From IMG/VR virus record IMGVR_UViG_3300012667_000814, positions 1-29,562 of that record: DNA of 29,562 nucleotides. One strand, written 5' to 3'. A program made the translations under genes and the position numbers. Shown here piece by piece: positions 1 to 7,965 of this stretch (position 1 is its first letter; the number at the start of each line of letters is the position of its first letter). The notes under the pieces were generated by a model, which was given only the letters and a program-made list of their open reading frames with translations, searched no databases and was not told the origin of the DNA. This DNA comes from a virus (taxonomy: Duplodnaviria > Caudoviricetes).

Positions 1-177
1 ATCAAATTGTGTTCCGTCAGTATTGGTATTCATCTCTACCTTACAGTACCACCCGCCGTCGAGGTACGATATCCTAGGCTTACCATACCTAATCAGATAC
101 AACATGCGCTCTTCTAACTCCATATCCGCAATCGGAGTAGCAGCGTCAGTCTTCGTAGTGAATAGAGCTAATGCCAT
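1..177 (-). CDS. hypothetical phage protein (partial, runs off the left edge)
   Basis: ATG at 177 overlaps the TAA of the upstream ORF (TAATG); frame is open to position 1 (MALALFTTKTDAATPIADMELEERMLYLIRYGKPRISY...). Confidence 0.7.
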   Translation of the reverse strand, partial: MALALFTTKTDAATPIADMELEERMLYLIRYGKPRISYLDGGWYCKVEMNTNTDGTQFD

Positions 178-365
178 TACCAGGTGCCCTCGTGCTGATT
201 CATCAAGTACTGATATACGACATCACAATCAACCAACCATTGCTCGTTCGGTGTAAGCAGGCCAAAAGCCTTGTTCTGACTGTCCCACCAGACAGGAGCA
301 AGATCTTTGCCCACTAACGCAATAACCAATACTTCCGATCGTTGTCTTTTCCGTGCTTCATTCAT
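177..365 (-). CDS. stand-alone Xre/MbcA/ParS-type antitoxin C-terminal (DUF2384-like) domain protein, 62 aa
   Basis: WWDSQNKAFGLLTPNEQW...VYQYL resembles the W-x3-N-x-A-(L/F)-G-x2-TP signature. Start moved to ATG 365 because 366-401 is promoter/terminator DNA. Confidence 0.6.
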   Translation of the reverse strand: MNEARKRQRSEVLVIALVGKDLAPVWWDSQNKAFGLLTPNEQWLVDCDVVYQYLMNQHEGTW

Positions 366-400
366 AAACGTAGTATACCACAGACCAAAGAAAAAGGCCA
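366..400 (-). promoter_or_regulatory. extended -10 promoter giving a probably leaderless mRNA
   Basis: TGTGG-TATACT (-10 at 377-372), then 6 nt, then ATG (365); no Shine-Dalgarno. Confidence 0.55.
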
Positions 401-413
401 CCGGAGTGGCCTT
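387..413 (-). terminator. rho-independent terminator downstream of nadV
   Basis: AAGGCCAC-TCCG-GTGGCCTT hairpin (413-394) followed by TTTCTTT, 3 nt after the nadV stop. Confidence 0.85.
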
Positions 414-416
414 CTG

Positions 417-1814
417 TTACTTACGAGCATTCGCTCGAACTTCGTCGAAGTCGTATTCTCGGATGATCTTGCCATCGCGGAAGACTGTTTGCATTGCTTC
501 AGTCCAACCACCATAACCTTTATCAGTCCAGCCTGTAGGTGGCTTAGTACCAGAGAAAAATTCTCCGCCCGATTGCCACAGAGTCACACGACCTGCTTTA
601 GACTTCTTACCGGAATCGGTAATTGGGTCTTTTTGCACATCAATCCACTCGCCATTGACTTGCGCTGAAGAGCACTTCATTGCGAATCGTTGGGTGTCCC
701 TGTCAACTTGCTGGAGCAATGCTCCACCCATACCAAACGCAATATTATCAGCAGACCAACCCATGGCAGCCAGTGCGCCAAGAATACTACGAACAGTAAG
801 TTCGTTAATACCGTCCCCTTGGATAAGGCGGACGTTGTTGAGGACTTTGAATCCCTTATCATTCTTAGTGTAACCAAACTTCTCTCCTAAAATCTCAACC
901 AGTCGACGATTGACTTCAACAGGATCACCGGAGTCAGGACGAATAACAACAGTAGCCCCACTATCAATAACACGCTGGCGGAGATCTTCTCCCCAAAGCT
1001 TAGATGCCGCATTGAAAATATCGTAGCTGTCAGATACCACGGCAACGATAGCGCCAGGTTTAGCAAATTGTGTAAGAATGTTTTCATAAGCCTTTACCTC
1101 GTTGTCTCGGCCCCAGCTTGTGATGGTGCTATGCTCCGCTGCAGGAATTGAGAAGCCAGCAATACCAGCGTTGTAGTACTCGCGAGCAAACAAAATACCG
1201 CTAATCGTATCAGTTCCCATAAAGTTGACCAAGTGAGCTGCACCGCCGATTCCGGCAGATTCCATAGAACTGACGCCGCGAGCACCAAAGTCGTGCAGTT
1301 TAAAATCAATAAGAGCTGGGTCACCGGTTTTCTCCAATGCATCGAGGATGACTTGTTTAATTGTGTAGCTCTGAGTTGCTACAGTAGTAGGATACCAAAT
1401 TGCACGAAGCAATGCAGTCTCGAGCCATGTGGTCAACCAGAAACATTCTGGGTCTGTGTTCTCGATAGTCGCCAATACATTTTTGACAGGAACCACAGTG
1501 CCTTCAGGTACAGCACGAATGACGACAGGTAAGTAACCTCCGTGCGTATCAAGGATGTATTGCCAGCCCTCACGATTAAATGGTTCGCCGTGGGCGGTAA
1601 GAATTTCATCTGCAACATCAATGTCGGCTTGTGTGATGGGGGCAAGTAAGTACTCCTTAATAAAGGCCTGCAGGCCAAACATAACGGTCTTGTCGTAGCG
1701 ACCACCACGAGATTCAATGTAACTATACACACCTGTGGTGCCGGCAGGATACTGCTTCCACATTGACACTTTATAGCTGTCGGTGTTAAGAATAATGTTT
1801 TTTGCTAATTTCAT
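417..1814 (-). CDS. nadV: nicotinamide phosphoribosyltransferase (NadV/Nampt)
   Basis: 465 aa with motifs TDSYK, HDFGARG, SIPAAEHS, VVSDSYD, IRPDSGDP, LIQGDG and FGMGGALLQ..RDT; AAGGAG RBS. Confidence 0.95.
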   Translation of the reverse strand: MKLAKNIILNTDSYKVSMWKQYPAGTTGVYSYIESRGGRYDKTVMFGLQAFIKEYLLAPITQADIDVADEILTAHGEPFNREGWQYILDTHGGYLPVVIRAVPEGTVVPVKNVLATIENTDPECFWLTTWLETALLRAIWYPTTVATQSYTIKQVILDALEKTGDPALIDFKLHDFGARGVSSMESAGIGGAAHLVNFMGTDTISGILFAREYYNAGIAGFSIPAAEHSTITSWGRDNEVKAYENILTQFAKPGAIVAVVSDSYDIFNAASKLWGEDLRQRVIDSGATVVIRPDSGDPVEVNRRLVEILGEKFGYTKNDKGFKVLNNVRLIQGDGINELTVRSILGALAAMGWSADNIAFGMGGALLQQVDRDTQRFAMKCSSAQVNGEWIDVQKDPITDSGKKSKAGRVTLWQSGGEFFSGTKPPTGWTDKGYGGWTEAMQTVFRDGKIIREYDFDEVRANARK

Positions 1815-1861
1815 GATAAGCTCCTTATCTAAGTTTGCCTCTGGTCTATCCTGAGGACTTG
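1812..1861 (-). ncRNA. candidate structured 5' leader RNA of nadV (two hairpins)
   Basis: AAGU-CCUC-A-GG-AUAGA-CC-A-GAGG-CAA-ACUU then GAUAAG-GAG-CUUAUC-AUG; same architecture as the nadM leader. Confidence 0.6.
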
Positions 1862-1866
1862 ATTAC

Positions 1867-1895
1867 AGTATAACACAACCCCATTGTTATGTCAA
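1867..1895 (-). promoter_or_regulatory. sigma70-type promoter for nadV
   Basis: TTGACA (1895-1890), 17-bp spacer, TATACT (1872-1867). Confidence 0.85.
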
Positions 1896-2377
1896 CCGTT
1901 GTACTCCACCAATGTAACAGAACCGCCCTTGTCGGCAACTCGTTCTGCAAATATTTTAATCAGGTTGAGGATGAGATCTTTATCGCCCCCAGCCAGTCCC
2001 ATACCGATGTGGGGTAGACCGATGCGCATCTCACCGCAGGCCTCAATCAACTCGATCAGTACGTCGAGAAAAGCTCCATACTCAAACCGATCGAGTGTCT
2101 CGCCTTTTCTGTTATATGCATATTGTGTGTATGCATTAACGATCGCGAATTCGAAGTCGCCCTTCTCGACGACAGCCATTGTATATGAACCGAGCTTGGA
2201 TCGATCGCCAGCTTCCGTATTCTGATCGACGCGATATGCTGCTGGGTAGCGAGCTTTAATCTCTTTAGCAATACCGCTACCCATCGTACAGAAGCAATTG
2301 CATCCTTGCACAATAACATCGAAGTGGCCCTGTTCGGCCATATCAATCAAATTACCCTTTGCGTATTTTAGTGACAT
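1892..2377 (-). CDS. macro domain (Appr-1-p processing, T4 Tk.4-like) protein
   Basis: Motifs KGNLI, VQGCNCFCTMGSGIA, VNAYTQY and LPHIGMGLAGGD are typical of phage macro domains. Confidence 0.9.
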   Translation of the reverse strand: MSLKYAKGNLIDMAEQGHFDVIVQGCNCFCTMGSGIAKEIKARYPAAYRVDQNTEAGDRSKLGSYTMAVVEKGDFEFAIVNAYTQYAYNRKGETLDRFEYGAFLDVLIELIEACGEMRIGLPHIGMGLAGGDKDLILNLIKIFAERVADKGGSVTLVEYNG

Positions 2378-2570
2378 TCTTCTTGCCTTTCTTTTCGAGC
2401 TTAGCTTCTTCCGCTAGTTTGGCAGCTGCCAGCTTATCTCGATTCTTAATCCATTCTTCATGATCCTGTTGGACCTGTTTAAATACCGCTTCTGTTACTG
2501 CCTCATCGTTGCAGTGGTACTTCCACCCCTTCATGTCTGTTGGCGGTGGAGATATCTCTACATCAGGCAC
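2352..2570 (-). CDS. hypothetical protein with a basic C-terminus
   Basis: Fills the gap between nadM and the macro gene; probable GTG start at 2570 overlapping the nadM end (ATG 2534 is an alternative). Confidence 0.55.
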   Translation of the reverse strand: MPDVEISPPPTDMKGWKYHCNDEAVTEAVFKQVQQDHEEWIKNRDKLAAAKLAEEAKLEKKGKKNVTKIRKG

Positions 2571-3582
2571 CAACAAAGTGTTGGATGATTTCGTAGTGGT
2601 CTTCGAAGCACTCTTCGCTGGAGACTTCGGCAATTGGGATCCACTTGGCTTTTTCGGCATCATCTGCTCCTTTCACTTTTGGTAACTCGCCATCCGGCAA
2701 TTCGATAAAGAATGCGTGGGTAATAATGCGTCCACGTGGACTGCGATCGATTGCATCGAACACCTTGCTGCGGACAATGTTTCCTCGCAGTACAGGAGCC
2801 GGAACCTTAATCATAGTCTCTTCACGCAACTCGCGGATAGCTGCATCTTCGACAGACTTGTCTGTGTTTGCATTAACGTATCCGCCTGGCAATGCCCATA
2901 ATCCTTTTCCTGGCTCAGCACGACGCTTAATGAGTAGCACATGGCCAGACTGAATCACTACAGCATCGGCAGTGGAGAAGATTGGAGGGTATGGCAAGGA
3001 CGCATATTGCTTCTTGTAGTTCTCAACGAACTCACGCTCGCGGATGATCTGCTCATACTCGGCAGTCTTTGCAAAGTCGAGCAAGAAGTCCAGAGTTGAG
3101 TATGGTACAACGCCTTTAATGAAGTTGTAGTTAACATCGCGTCGGAAGAATAAGTCTCGAATGTTAACTGCACTCAATGGCTCGATCTCTTCCACATCAA
3201 CATATTCCCATTGCGGGAACATATCCAAGTAGAATGAGCTTTCATCCTTCTTGTGACCGATGATAGCAGTCTTAGTGCCGAGGATGCGATACTTGCTCAC
3301 GATCGCTTGCACACGGACGGCCCATGCCTGATCGTTGTAAATTGTGTCGGGGTTAGGTTCCACATGAATGCTCAACGCAAGACCGCCGGTTGCAGCTTTG
3401 ATCATACGTTCACGTTCAGCAGAGGTGAACGGATTCTTATAGGTACGTGGTTGTTTTGCTGAGCCCGTTACGATAACGAGGTTGTCAGTTAATGCAGTAG
3501 CACGCTTGATGATCTCAAGGTGAGCATTATGAAATGGTTGAAAGCGTCCGATTAGGACGAGAGTGCCGTATGGTTTTGACAT
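2563..3582 (-). CDS. nadM: bifunctional NMN adenylyltransferase / Nudix ADP-ribose pyrophosphatase (NadM-Nudix, NatV-like)
   Basis: GRFQPFHNAH (HxGH-like), KNPFT, GHKKDESSFYL and Nudix box ALPGGYV...AAIRELREET plus RSPRGRIITH; start set at ATG 3582 behind AAGGAG. Confidence 0.93.
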   Translation of the reverse strand: MSKPYGTLVLIGRFQPFHNAHLEIIKRATALTDNLVIVTGSAKQPRTYKNPFTSAERERMIKAATGGLALSIHVEPNPDTIYNDQAWAVRVQAIVSKYRILGTKTAIIGHKKDESSFYLDMFPQWEYVDVEEIEPLSAVNIRDLFFRRDVNYNFIKGVVPYSTLDFLLDFAKTAEYEQIIREREFVENYKKQYASLPYPPIFSTADAVVIQSGHVLLIKRRAEPGKGLWALPGGYVNANTDKSVEDAAIRELREETMIKVPAPVLRGNIVRSKVFDAIDRSPRGRIITHAFFIELPDGELPKVKGADDAEKAKWIPIAEVSSEECFEDHYEIIQHFVGA

Positions 3583-3632
3583 TCTAAGCTCCTTAGAATA
3601 AAAATGCTGGCTCAGTCTATCTTTGCCAGTTG
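3580..3632 (-). ncRNA. candidate structured 5' leader RNA of nadM (two hairpins)
   Basis: CUGGC-AA-AG-AUAGA-CU-GA-GCCAG then AUUCUAAG-GAG-CUUAGAAU(G); same loop and SD hairpin as the nadV leader. Confidence 0.6.
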
Positions 3633-3637
3633 TGTTA

Positions 3638-3666
3638 ATTATATAGCTGTACTTACACCAGGTCAA
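3638..3666 (-). promoter_or_regulatory. sigma70-type promoter for nadM
   Basis: TTGACC (3666-3661), 17-bp spacer, TATAAT (3643-3638). Confidence 0.85.
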
Positions 3667-4085
3667 CTAGTTTGGTCGCTCAATTCGAAAATATAATGGC
3701 CGCCCCTACGACTCTGAACCCATGTCGTGTGCCACAGCATATCATTTTGCTCCATTGCCCGAATGATACTCTCGTTGCCAGACCAACCTGCAGTGGAGAT
3801 GTCGTATTTGTACACCGTCTCTCCTGGACGGTAATCATGAGGAGCTTCCCCCTCCGCCCAACCGTAGGACTTCATCGCCCAGATACCGTTAATGAAATCG
3901 AACCAGCCCTTTGCATCTTCCCATGGCCACTTCTCAACAATCGTCAATGCGTCATCGGTAGGATATCCATCATCGTCTAACAGCTCATCCAGGCTAATAA
4001 GATATTCAACTAACTGTTTGTCTAGTGCACGCTTATATTCCGAACGCTTAATTAGCGCTTCCATTCGTTCATTCAGCTTTGCCAC
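3663..4085 (-). CDS. hypothetical phage protein, Trp/Gly-rich
   Basis: 140-aa ORF; GYPT...STAGWSGNESII...SRRGGHYIF pattern recalled from phage hypotheticals; GGAG RBS. Confidence 0.75.
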   Translation of the reverse strand: MAKLNERMEALIKRSEYKRALDKQLVEYLISLDELLDDDGYPTDDALTIVEKWPWEDAKGWFDFINGIWAMKSYGWAEGEAPHDYRPGETVYKYDISTAGWSGNESIIRAMEQNDMLWHTTWVQSRRGGHYIFELSDQTS

Positions 4086-4254
4086 AATCTACCCTCCATG
4101 GACAATGGATTAACACGAGCGTAGAGCAATCATCCTGTCCCCAACAACGTGGTGGCTCGTCCCCTCGCAACTGTTTAATTAGTTGCACCACAGAATAGCG
4201 CTCATTGCCTAAGCGGGCTTCTCGATCTAGCAATTCTTGTATGTCTGTCGCCAT
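4069..4254 (-). CDS. small hypothetical protein with Cys-rich C-terminus
   Basis: ATG 4254 just after the upstream stop; CWGQDDCS...CPWRVDC. Confidence 0.65.
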   Translation of the reverse strand: MATDIQELLDREARLGNERYSVVQLIKQLRGDEPPRCWGQDDCSTLVLIHCPWRVDCGKAE

Positions 4255-4255
4255 A

Positions 4256-4642
4256 TTATGCTTTCTTAAACCAACGCTTGTACCAAGGGAGAGCGTTGTA
4301 TTGATTGATTCTATCCTCAACAGCCGACACGCTTTGCATCAGCAATCGATTTCGAGTTTCTAGTGACTTGGTATACTCGTTGCTCACTACCATCCGTAAC
4401 ACTTCCTCTACATCTGGCGCCATAGCAATAAACGAATCGGTCTGAACGCCACGCTCTACCAAGCACACCCGATGTATACGTGCATCAACGCGCCTGACAG
4501 CCGATACATCTTGTGATATGAGTTCCCCAGACGTCGAGCACCTCAAATCGGGTATCATATTTTGTTCATGCCACGACACAAAATCACTGGCTGTGGCCAC
4601 AATCTGAGATTCTAGGGTGTATAGAGTTGCTTTGCGAATCAT
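4256..4642 (-). CDS. hypothetical protein
   Basis: 128-aa ORF in a tightly packed minus-strand array; ends in LPWYKRWF. Confidence 0.7.
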   Translation of the reverse strand: MIRKATLYTLESQIVATASDFVSWHEQNMIPDLRCSTSGELISQDVSAVRRVDARIHRVCLVERGVQTDSFIAMAPDVEEVLRMVVSNEYTKSLETRNRLLMQSVSAVEDRINQYNALPWYKRWFKKA

Positions 4643-4648
4643 ATCTTC

Positions 4649-4906
4649 TTAAAAGGTAAGAGGTTCCCATCTACTGACATATCGTAGACGTCCATCATAT
4701 ATTAGACCACACGTATAAGTGCACCACCCATATGCGTTCTGGAACGACCATGGGTTAACGAATTTCCTATGACTCCTGAACGGAGTGCGCCACATCCACA
4801 CGCGGCGAACAATCTCATCGTCTCGACCCAACACCGTAGCAAACACAATGTGCGCATCTGGCATCACCTCAGACTCATACTTCGTTATCTTCAGAAACAA
4901 CTTCAT
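4649..4906 (-). CDS. hypothetical protein
   Basis: 85-aa ORF in the array. Confidence 0.6.
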   Translation of the reverse strand: MKLFLKITKYESEVMPDAHIVFATVLGRDDEIVRRVWMWRTPFRSHRKFVNPWSFQNAYGWCTYTCGLIYDGRLRYVSRWEPLTF

Positions 4907-5081
4907 ATTGAACTACACGCAGGGCGCCTTTAGCGATTGCTCGTTGGATATAGAATAACTCATAGTCGGATAGCTTCGCGGTATCCAATTCTATTGCTGC
5001 TGTGGGTGACACCATAATTCCATCAGTGAGTGTCCCGAGCGGGCGTTTGACTATTCTTGGTTTGTTAAGAGTGAACATCAT
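4875..5081 (-). CDS. hypothetical protein
   Basis: 68-aa ORF with ATGA overlap to the upstream gene. Confidence 0.6.
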   Translation of the reverse strand: MMFTLNKPRIVKRPLGTLTDGIMVSPTAAIELDTAKLSDYELFYIQRAIAKGALRVVQYEVVSEDNEV

Positions 5082-5347
5082 ACCCCCAATCCCATCCCCG
5101 CGAGAATGAAATTTTGAGCTTTCGTTAGGATCTTGTATTTGTTAGTTGCATTAGCCATAGATTCGCAGATAGCAAGCTTCATTGGCTGCTTGCCGCCACC
5201 TGCCATCACGACTCCTTCCGCAAAGATACGGAAGTCGTCTATATTCATTGTTTCGTATGCATTATACAACTCGGTCAGTGCTTCATTGCCGAGTGTATCG
5301 TTAGCCAGACGAGGCTTGCTTGATGCTTGTGTATTCAATTGTGTCAT
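5078..5347 (-). CDS. hypothetical protein
   Basis: 89-aa ORF in the array. Confidence 0.65.
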   Translation of the reverse strand: MTQLNTQASSKPRLANDTLGNEALTELYNAYETMNIDDFRIFAEGVVMAGGGKQPMKLAICESMANATNKYKILTKAQNFILAGMGLGV

Positions 5348-5504
5348 TACTAAATTCCATTTGGTATGCAGTGGCCAGTACGATGGCCCCTTCGAGCGAA
5401 CGATGGAAGTACAAACGACTTCGGAATGTGTTTGACCCCAACTGATAGGGGATTATACCATTTCCGAAGTCGTCCACAAACAGCTGTAAAGCGTTACTCA
5501 TCAC
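5301..5504 (-). CDS. hypothetical protein
   Basis: 67-aa ORF with GTGA overlap to the upstream gene. Confidence 0.5.
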   Translation of the reverse strand: MMSNALQLFVDDFGNGIIPYQLGSNTFRSRLYFHRSLEGAIVLATAYQMEFSNDTIEYTSIKQASSG

Positions 5505-5758
5505 TCACGCATGAATACGTGCCACACGAAAGACCCGATCTGCACTGTATCGATAAATCGCCAGTCTTCTACCTCAAACTCCTCGCCCGTTGCGACCATT
5601 CGCACTTCGACGTTGACCTTATCTTCTTCTTGGCTGTGCATAGCCCAAATAGTAGGCACGTCCCCTTGTGCTTGTGCAGACAATACACGAGAGCCGATTG
5701 GGATCTCGATCAATTGCAACTCTTGCACGGCTAGAGGGTATTTGTAAATCTTTTCCAT
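5501..5758 (-). CDS. conserved phage protein (IYKYPL...FIDTVQ.G.FVWHVF family)
   Basis: Recognisable widespread phage domain pattern; TAATG coupling. Confidence 0.75.
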   Translation of the reverse strand: MEKIYKYPLAVQELQLIEIPIGSRVLSAQAQGDVPTIWAMHSQEEDKVNVEVRMVATGEEFEVEDWRFIDTVQIGSFVWHVFMRE

Positions 5759-5949
5759 TATTGAAATTCCTTAAATAAAATTTTACGACCTTCGATTGTT
5801 AAATGTTCATCGAAGATCTCTTTTGCTCGATCTAACATGGCAGTAGCCAACAGTAAACGATCTTCGCTAGTAGTACATAGGTCAATCTGAGCCTCGATAG
5901 GCGCAATCAACTCTAATGCGCGGCTAAGTGTGCTGGCATTGACTTCCAC
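5758..5949 (-). CDS. hypothetical protein
   Basis: 63-aa ORF abutting both neighbours. Confidence 0.65.
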   Translation of the reverse strand: MEVNASTLSRALELIAPIEAQIDLCTTSEDRLLLATAMLDRAKEIFDEHLTIEGRKILFKEFQ

Positions 5950-6171
5950 TTACTTCTCTGCCTTTTCCAAAACTTCGAACCACACATCTTCAATTAAGTC
6001 AATGCCTGCCTCATCGATCCACATCTCTACGAAGTGATCGTGCAGGTCATGGATGTTGATATGGCGGGTATCTTCTATAATAGAAAACAAATACTCCGTC
6101 ATGTCCTTGCGTTGACGTTCGGTTGCGTAATGATCATCCATTACGGTTTGTCCGCGGCTTCTAAATCCCAT
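5950..6171 (-). CDS. hypothetical protein
   Basis: 73-aa ORF with AAGGAG RBS and its own promoter. Confidence 0.7.
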   Translation of the reverse strand: MGFRSRGQTVMDDHYATERQRKDMTEYLFSIIEDTRHINIHDLHDHFVEMWIDEAGIDLIEDVWFEVLEKAEK

Positions 6172-6192
6172 AGCATTAACTCCTTTTGCATG

Positions 6193-6221
6193 ATTATACG
6201 ATAGACCAAGATTGTTCGCAA
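6193..6221 (-). promoter_or_regulatory. sigma70-type promoter
   Basis: TTGCGA, 17-bp spacer, TATAAT (6198-6193), then AAGGAG. Confidence 0.65.
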
Positions 6222-6224
6222 CAG

Positions 6225-7277
6225 TTAGCCGTCCAACAATCCACTAGAGATCCCGTCCTTTATCTGCTCGTGAGTGAAAGCGTGACCATCTATGATCCAA
6301 TGGTGCATGTTCTTTCCTCGGCACTTATTGTGACACATAGTAGATCCGATCGTTCGCTGATTCCACGATTGCTGTATGGCTCCGTTGTATAGAGGATCAT
6401 CTAGTATCTCATAGACATTACGTTCGTCTAGGTTCGGATCCGTATGCACAGCCAGTTCACGTTTGAAGCCATCGTCCTTCTCATACCTCGATGCGTACCA
6501 ACAACAAGGAAACATCTGGCCATGTGAGTTGATGTATATTTCCTTACGCGCTTCTGATGAGCATACAGGGACATCAAGAGTAGTCCATAGGGCATCGACC
6601 TTCAGTGTATCAGACGCAGCGGGCTGAATAATCTTCTCGCCGCCAGTCTTACGATCTATGAATGATACACGTGACGATTGATCAAACCGAGCACTGACCT
6701 TAACCATGAACAACTCAAACCCATTATCCTTGGACGTTTGTCTGGCCAGTTCGATCTGATGCTCGTTGTGAGCAAATGGAATGAATGCCCAGAAGCAGCG
6801 AGCTCCAGTAGATATGGCAGTTCGTGCATTCTTCATCACGACCGCATAGTCGACATTCACTCTATACAAGTGATTCGTATCTTCGAGGCCATCGATATGG
6901 AAGATCATCACACGCTTAGCACCAGTGTCGGCACCTTTACGGTACACTTCACCGAGCCGCTGCCAGAATTTACGATCACGTAGCCCTCCGTTCGTATGAA
7001 TTGCCATATGAACATTGGGATTGATTGAGTCCACATACTCGTGAATCTCAACACACTCCTTTGCCATCGCCGGATCGCCAAAGTTGCCAGTGAACTTAAC
7101 GATCTCTAGTTGCTTAATGAACTCTACAGGAAAGTACTGCTTGAACTTGGCTAGCGATATATCTTCTGGATGATCTTCTACAATCGGATTACCGGTGCGT
7201 GCGCACATTGGGCACGCTGCATTGCATCTATTGGATAACTCGAATACAATAGACTTGACATGCGGGTCGTATATCAT
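6225..7277 (-). CDS. radical SAM protein with C-terminal SPASM/twitch-like Cys region
   Basis: CNAACPMC (CxxxCxxC), GNFGDP, HTNGG, IDGLEDTNHLYR and GQMFPCC...CHNKC; start at ATG 7277 (TAATG coupling). Confidence 0.9.
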   Translation of the reverse strand: MIYDPHVKSIVFELSNRCNAACPMCARTGNPIVEDHPEDISLAKFKQYFPVEFIKQLEIVKFTGNFGDPAMAKECVEIHEYVDSINPNVHMAIHTNGGLRDRKFWQRLGEVYRKGADTGAKRVMIFHIDGLEDTNHLYRVNVDYAVVMKNARTAISTGARCFWAFIPFAHNEHQIELARQTSKDNGFELFMVKVSARFDQSSRVSFIDRKTGGEKIIQPAASDTLKVDALWTTLDVPVCSSEARKEIYINSHGQMFPCCWYASRYEKDDGFKRELAVHTDPNLDERNVYEILDDPLYNGAIQQSWNQRTIGSTMCHNKCRGKNMHHWIIDGHAFTHEQIKDGISSGLLDG

Positions 7278-7738
7278 TAGAACGGCCACGTTCCTTTGGC
7301 GAGCGGTGCAACTTCGTCTACAGTTTCATCGATGCAAACGATCTCCAGCGGACCAACATACGATGTATCACAATCTACTGAGTAGATTCCCTCTTCCTCG
7401 AAGGCCATCCACCCATCACGCTCCCATAGATCTTCGATGTATGCTTTTTCTTCTTCGGTCCAGTTATCATCATCGTCGAATTCAAAATCCAACGAGCATC
7501 CATCATCGCATTCCTGATCGTCGACTTCGTAGTTCGATAGCTCGAACGGATCTGCATACGGATCCTCAGCCTGCGTCGGTTTATCATTGGTGCGGACAAC
7601 ACAACGACCCCAACGATACATCTCATCCATATAGAATGTCTTACCGGCAGCTACGTCGCTGTCCTCTGACACAATAAAATGAGTACGTTGGTATACACAC
7701 TTCTTCTCTGCAGTTTTAATTTCCCACAACATAGTCAT
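7277..7738 (-). CDS. acidic hypothetical phage protein
   Basis: 153 aa, D/E-rich; EKKCVY...YRWG...DDGC...W pattern; ATGA overlap. Confidence 0.8.
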   Translation of the reverse strand: MTMLWEIKTAEKKCVYQRTHFIVSEDSDVAAGKTFYMDEMYRWGRCVVRTNDKPTQAEDPYADPFELSNYEVDDQECDDGCSLDFEFDDDDNWTEEEKAYIEDLWERDGWMAFEEEGIYSVDCDTSYVGPLEIVCIDETVDEVAPLAKGTWPF

Positions 7739-7965
7739 TCCTTAATAGTTAAATTGATATCACCACGAGCCTGTATTGATATCGTGCCGGGTTTGTTTGA
7801 TATTTGAATCATCCGATGCACTCTATCGCCATACCCAGTACGGCCGATCTCTCGCTCCTGTCTTTGCATGCTTCTATGCGCTGAGTAAAATATCGCAGCG
7901 ATTCCCAACAAAGGGACAATCACAATCATACCCCATCCAATAATATTTTCAATCACTTGGACCAT
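7735..7965 (-). CDS. small single-TM membrane protein
   Basis: Hydrophobic stretch IIGWGMIVIVPLLGIAAIFY. Confidence 0.65.
   Translation of the reverse strand: MVQVIENIIGWGMIVIVPLLGIAAIFYSAHRSMQRQEREIGRTGYGDRVHRMIQISNKPGTISIQARGDINLTIKE

Noticed and set aside
3583-3666. N-terminal extension of NadM (MTWCKYSYII...) in the ORF track
   Set aside because: It is a translation of the promoter and structured leader; the RBS-supported start is ATG 3582.
6200-6207. A third GATAGAC motif
   Set aside because: It is on the non-transcribed strand inside a promoter spacer, without the flanking stems or SD hairpin; probably chance.
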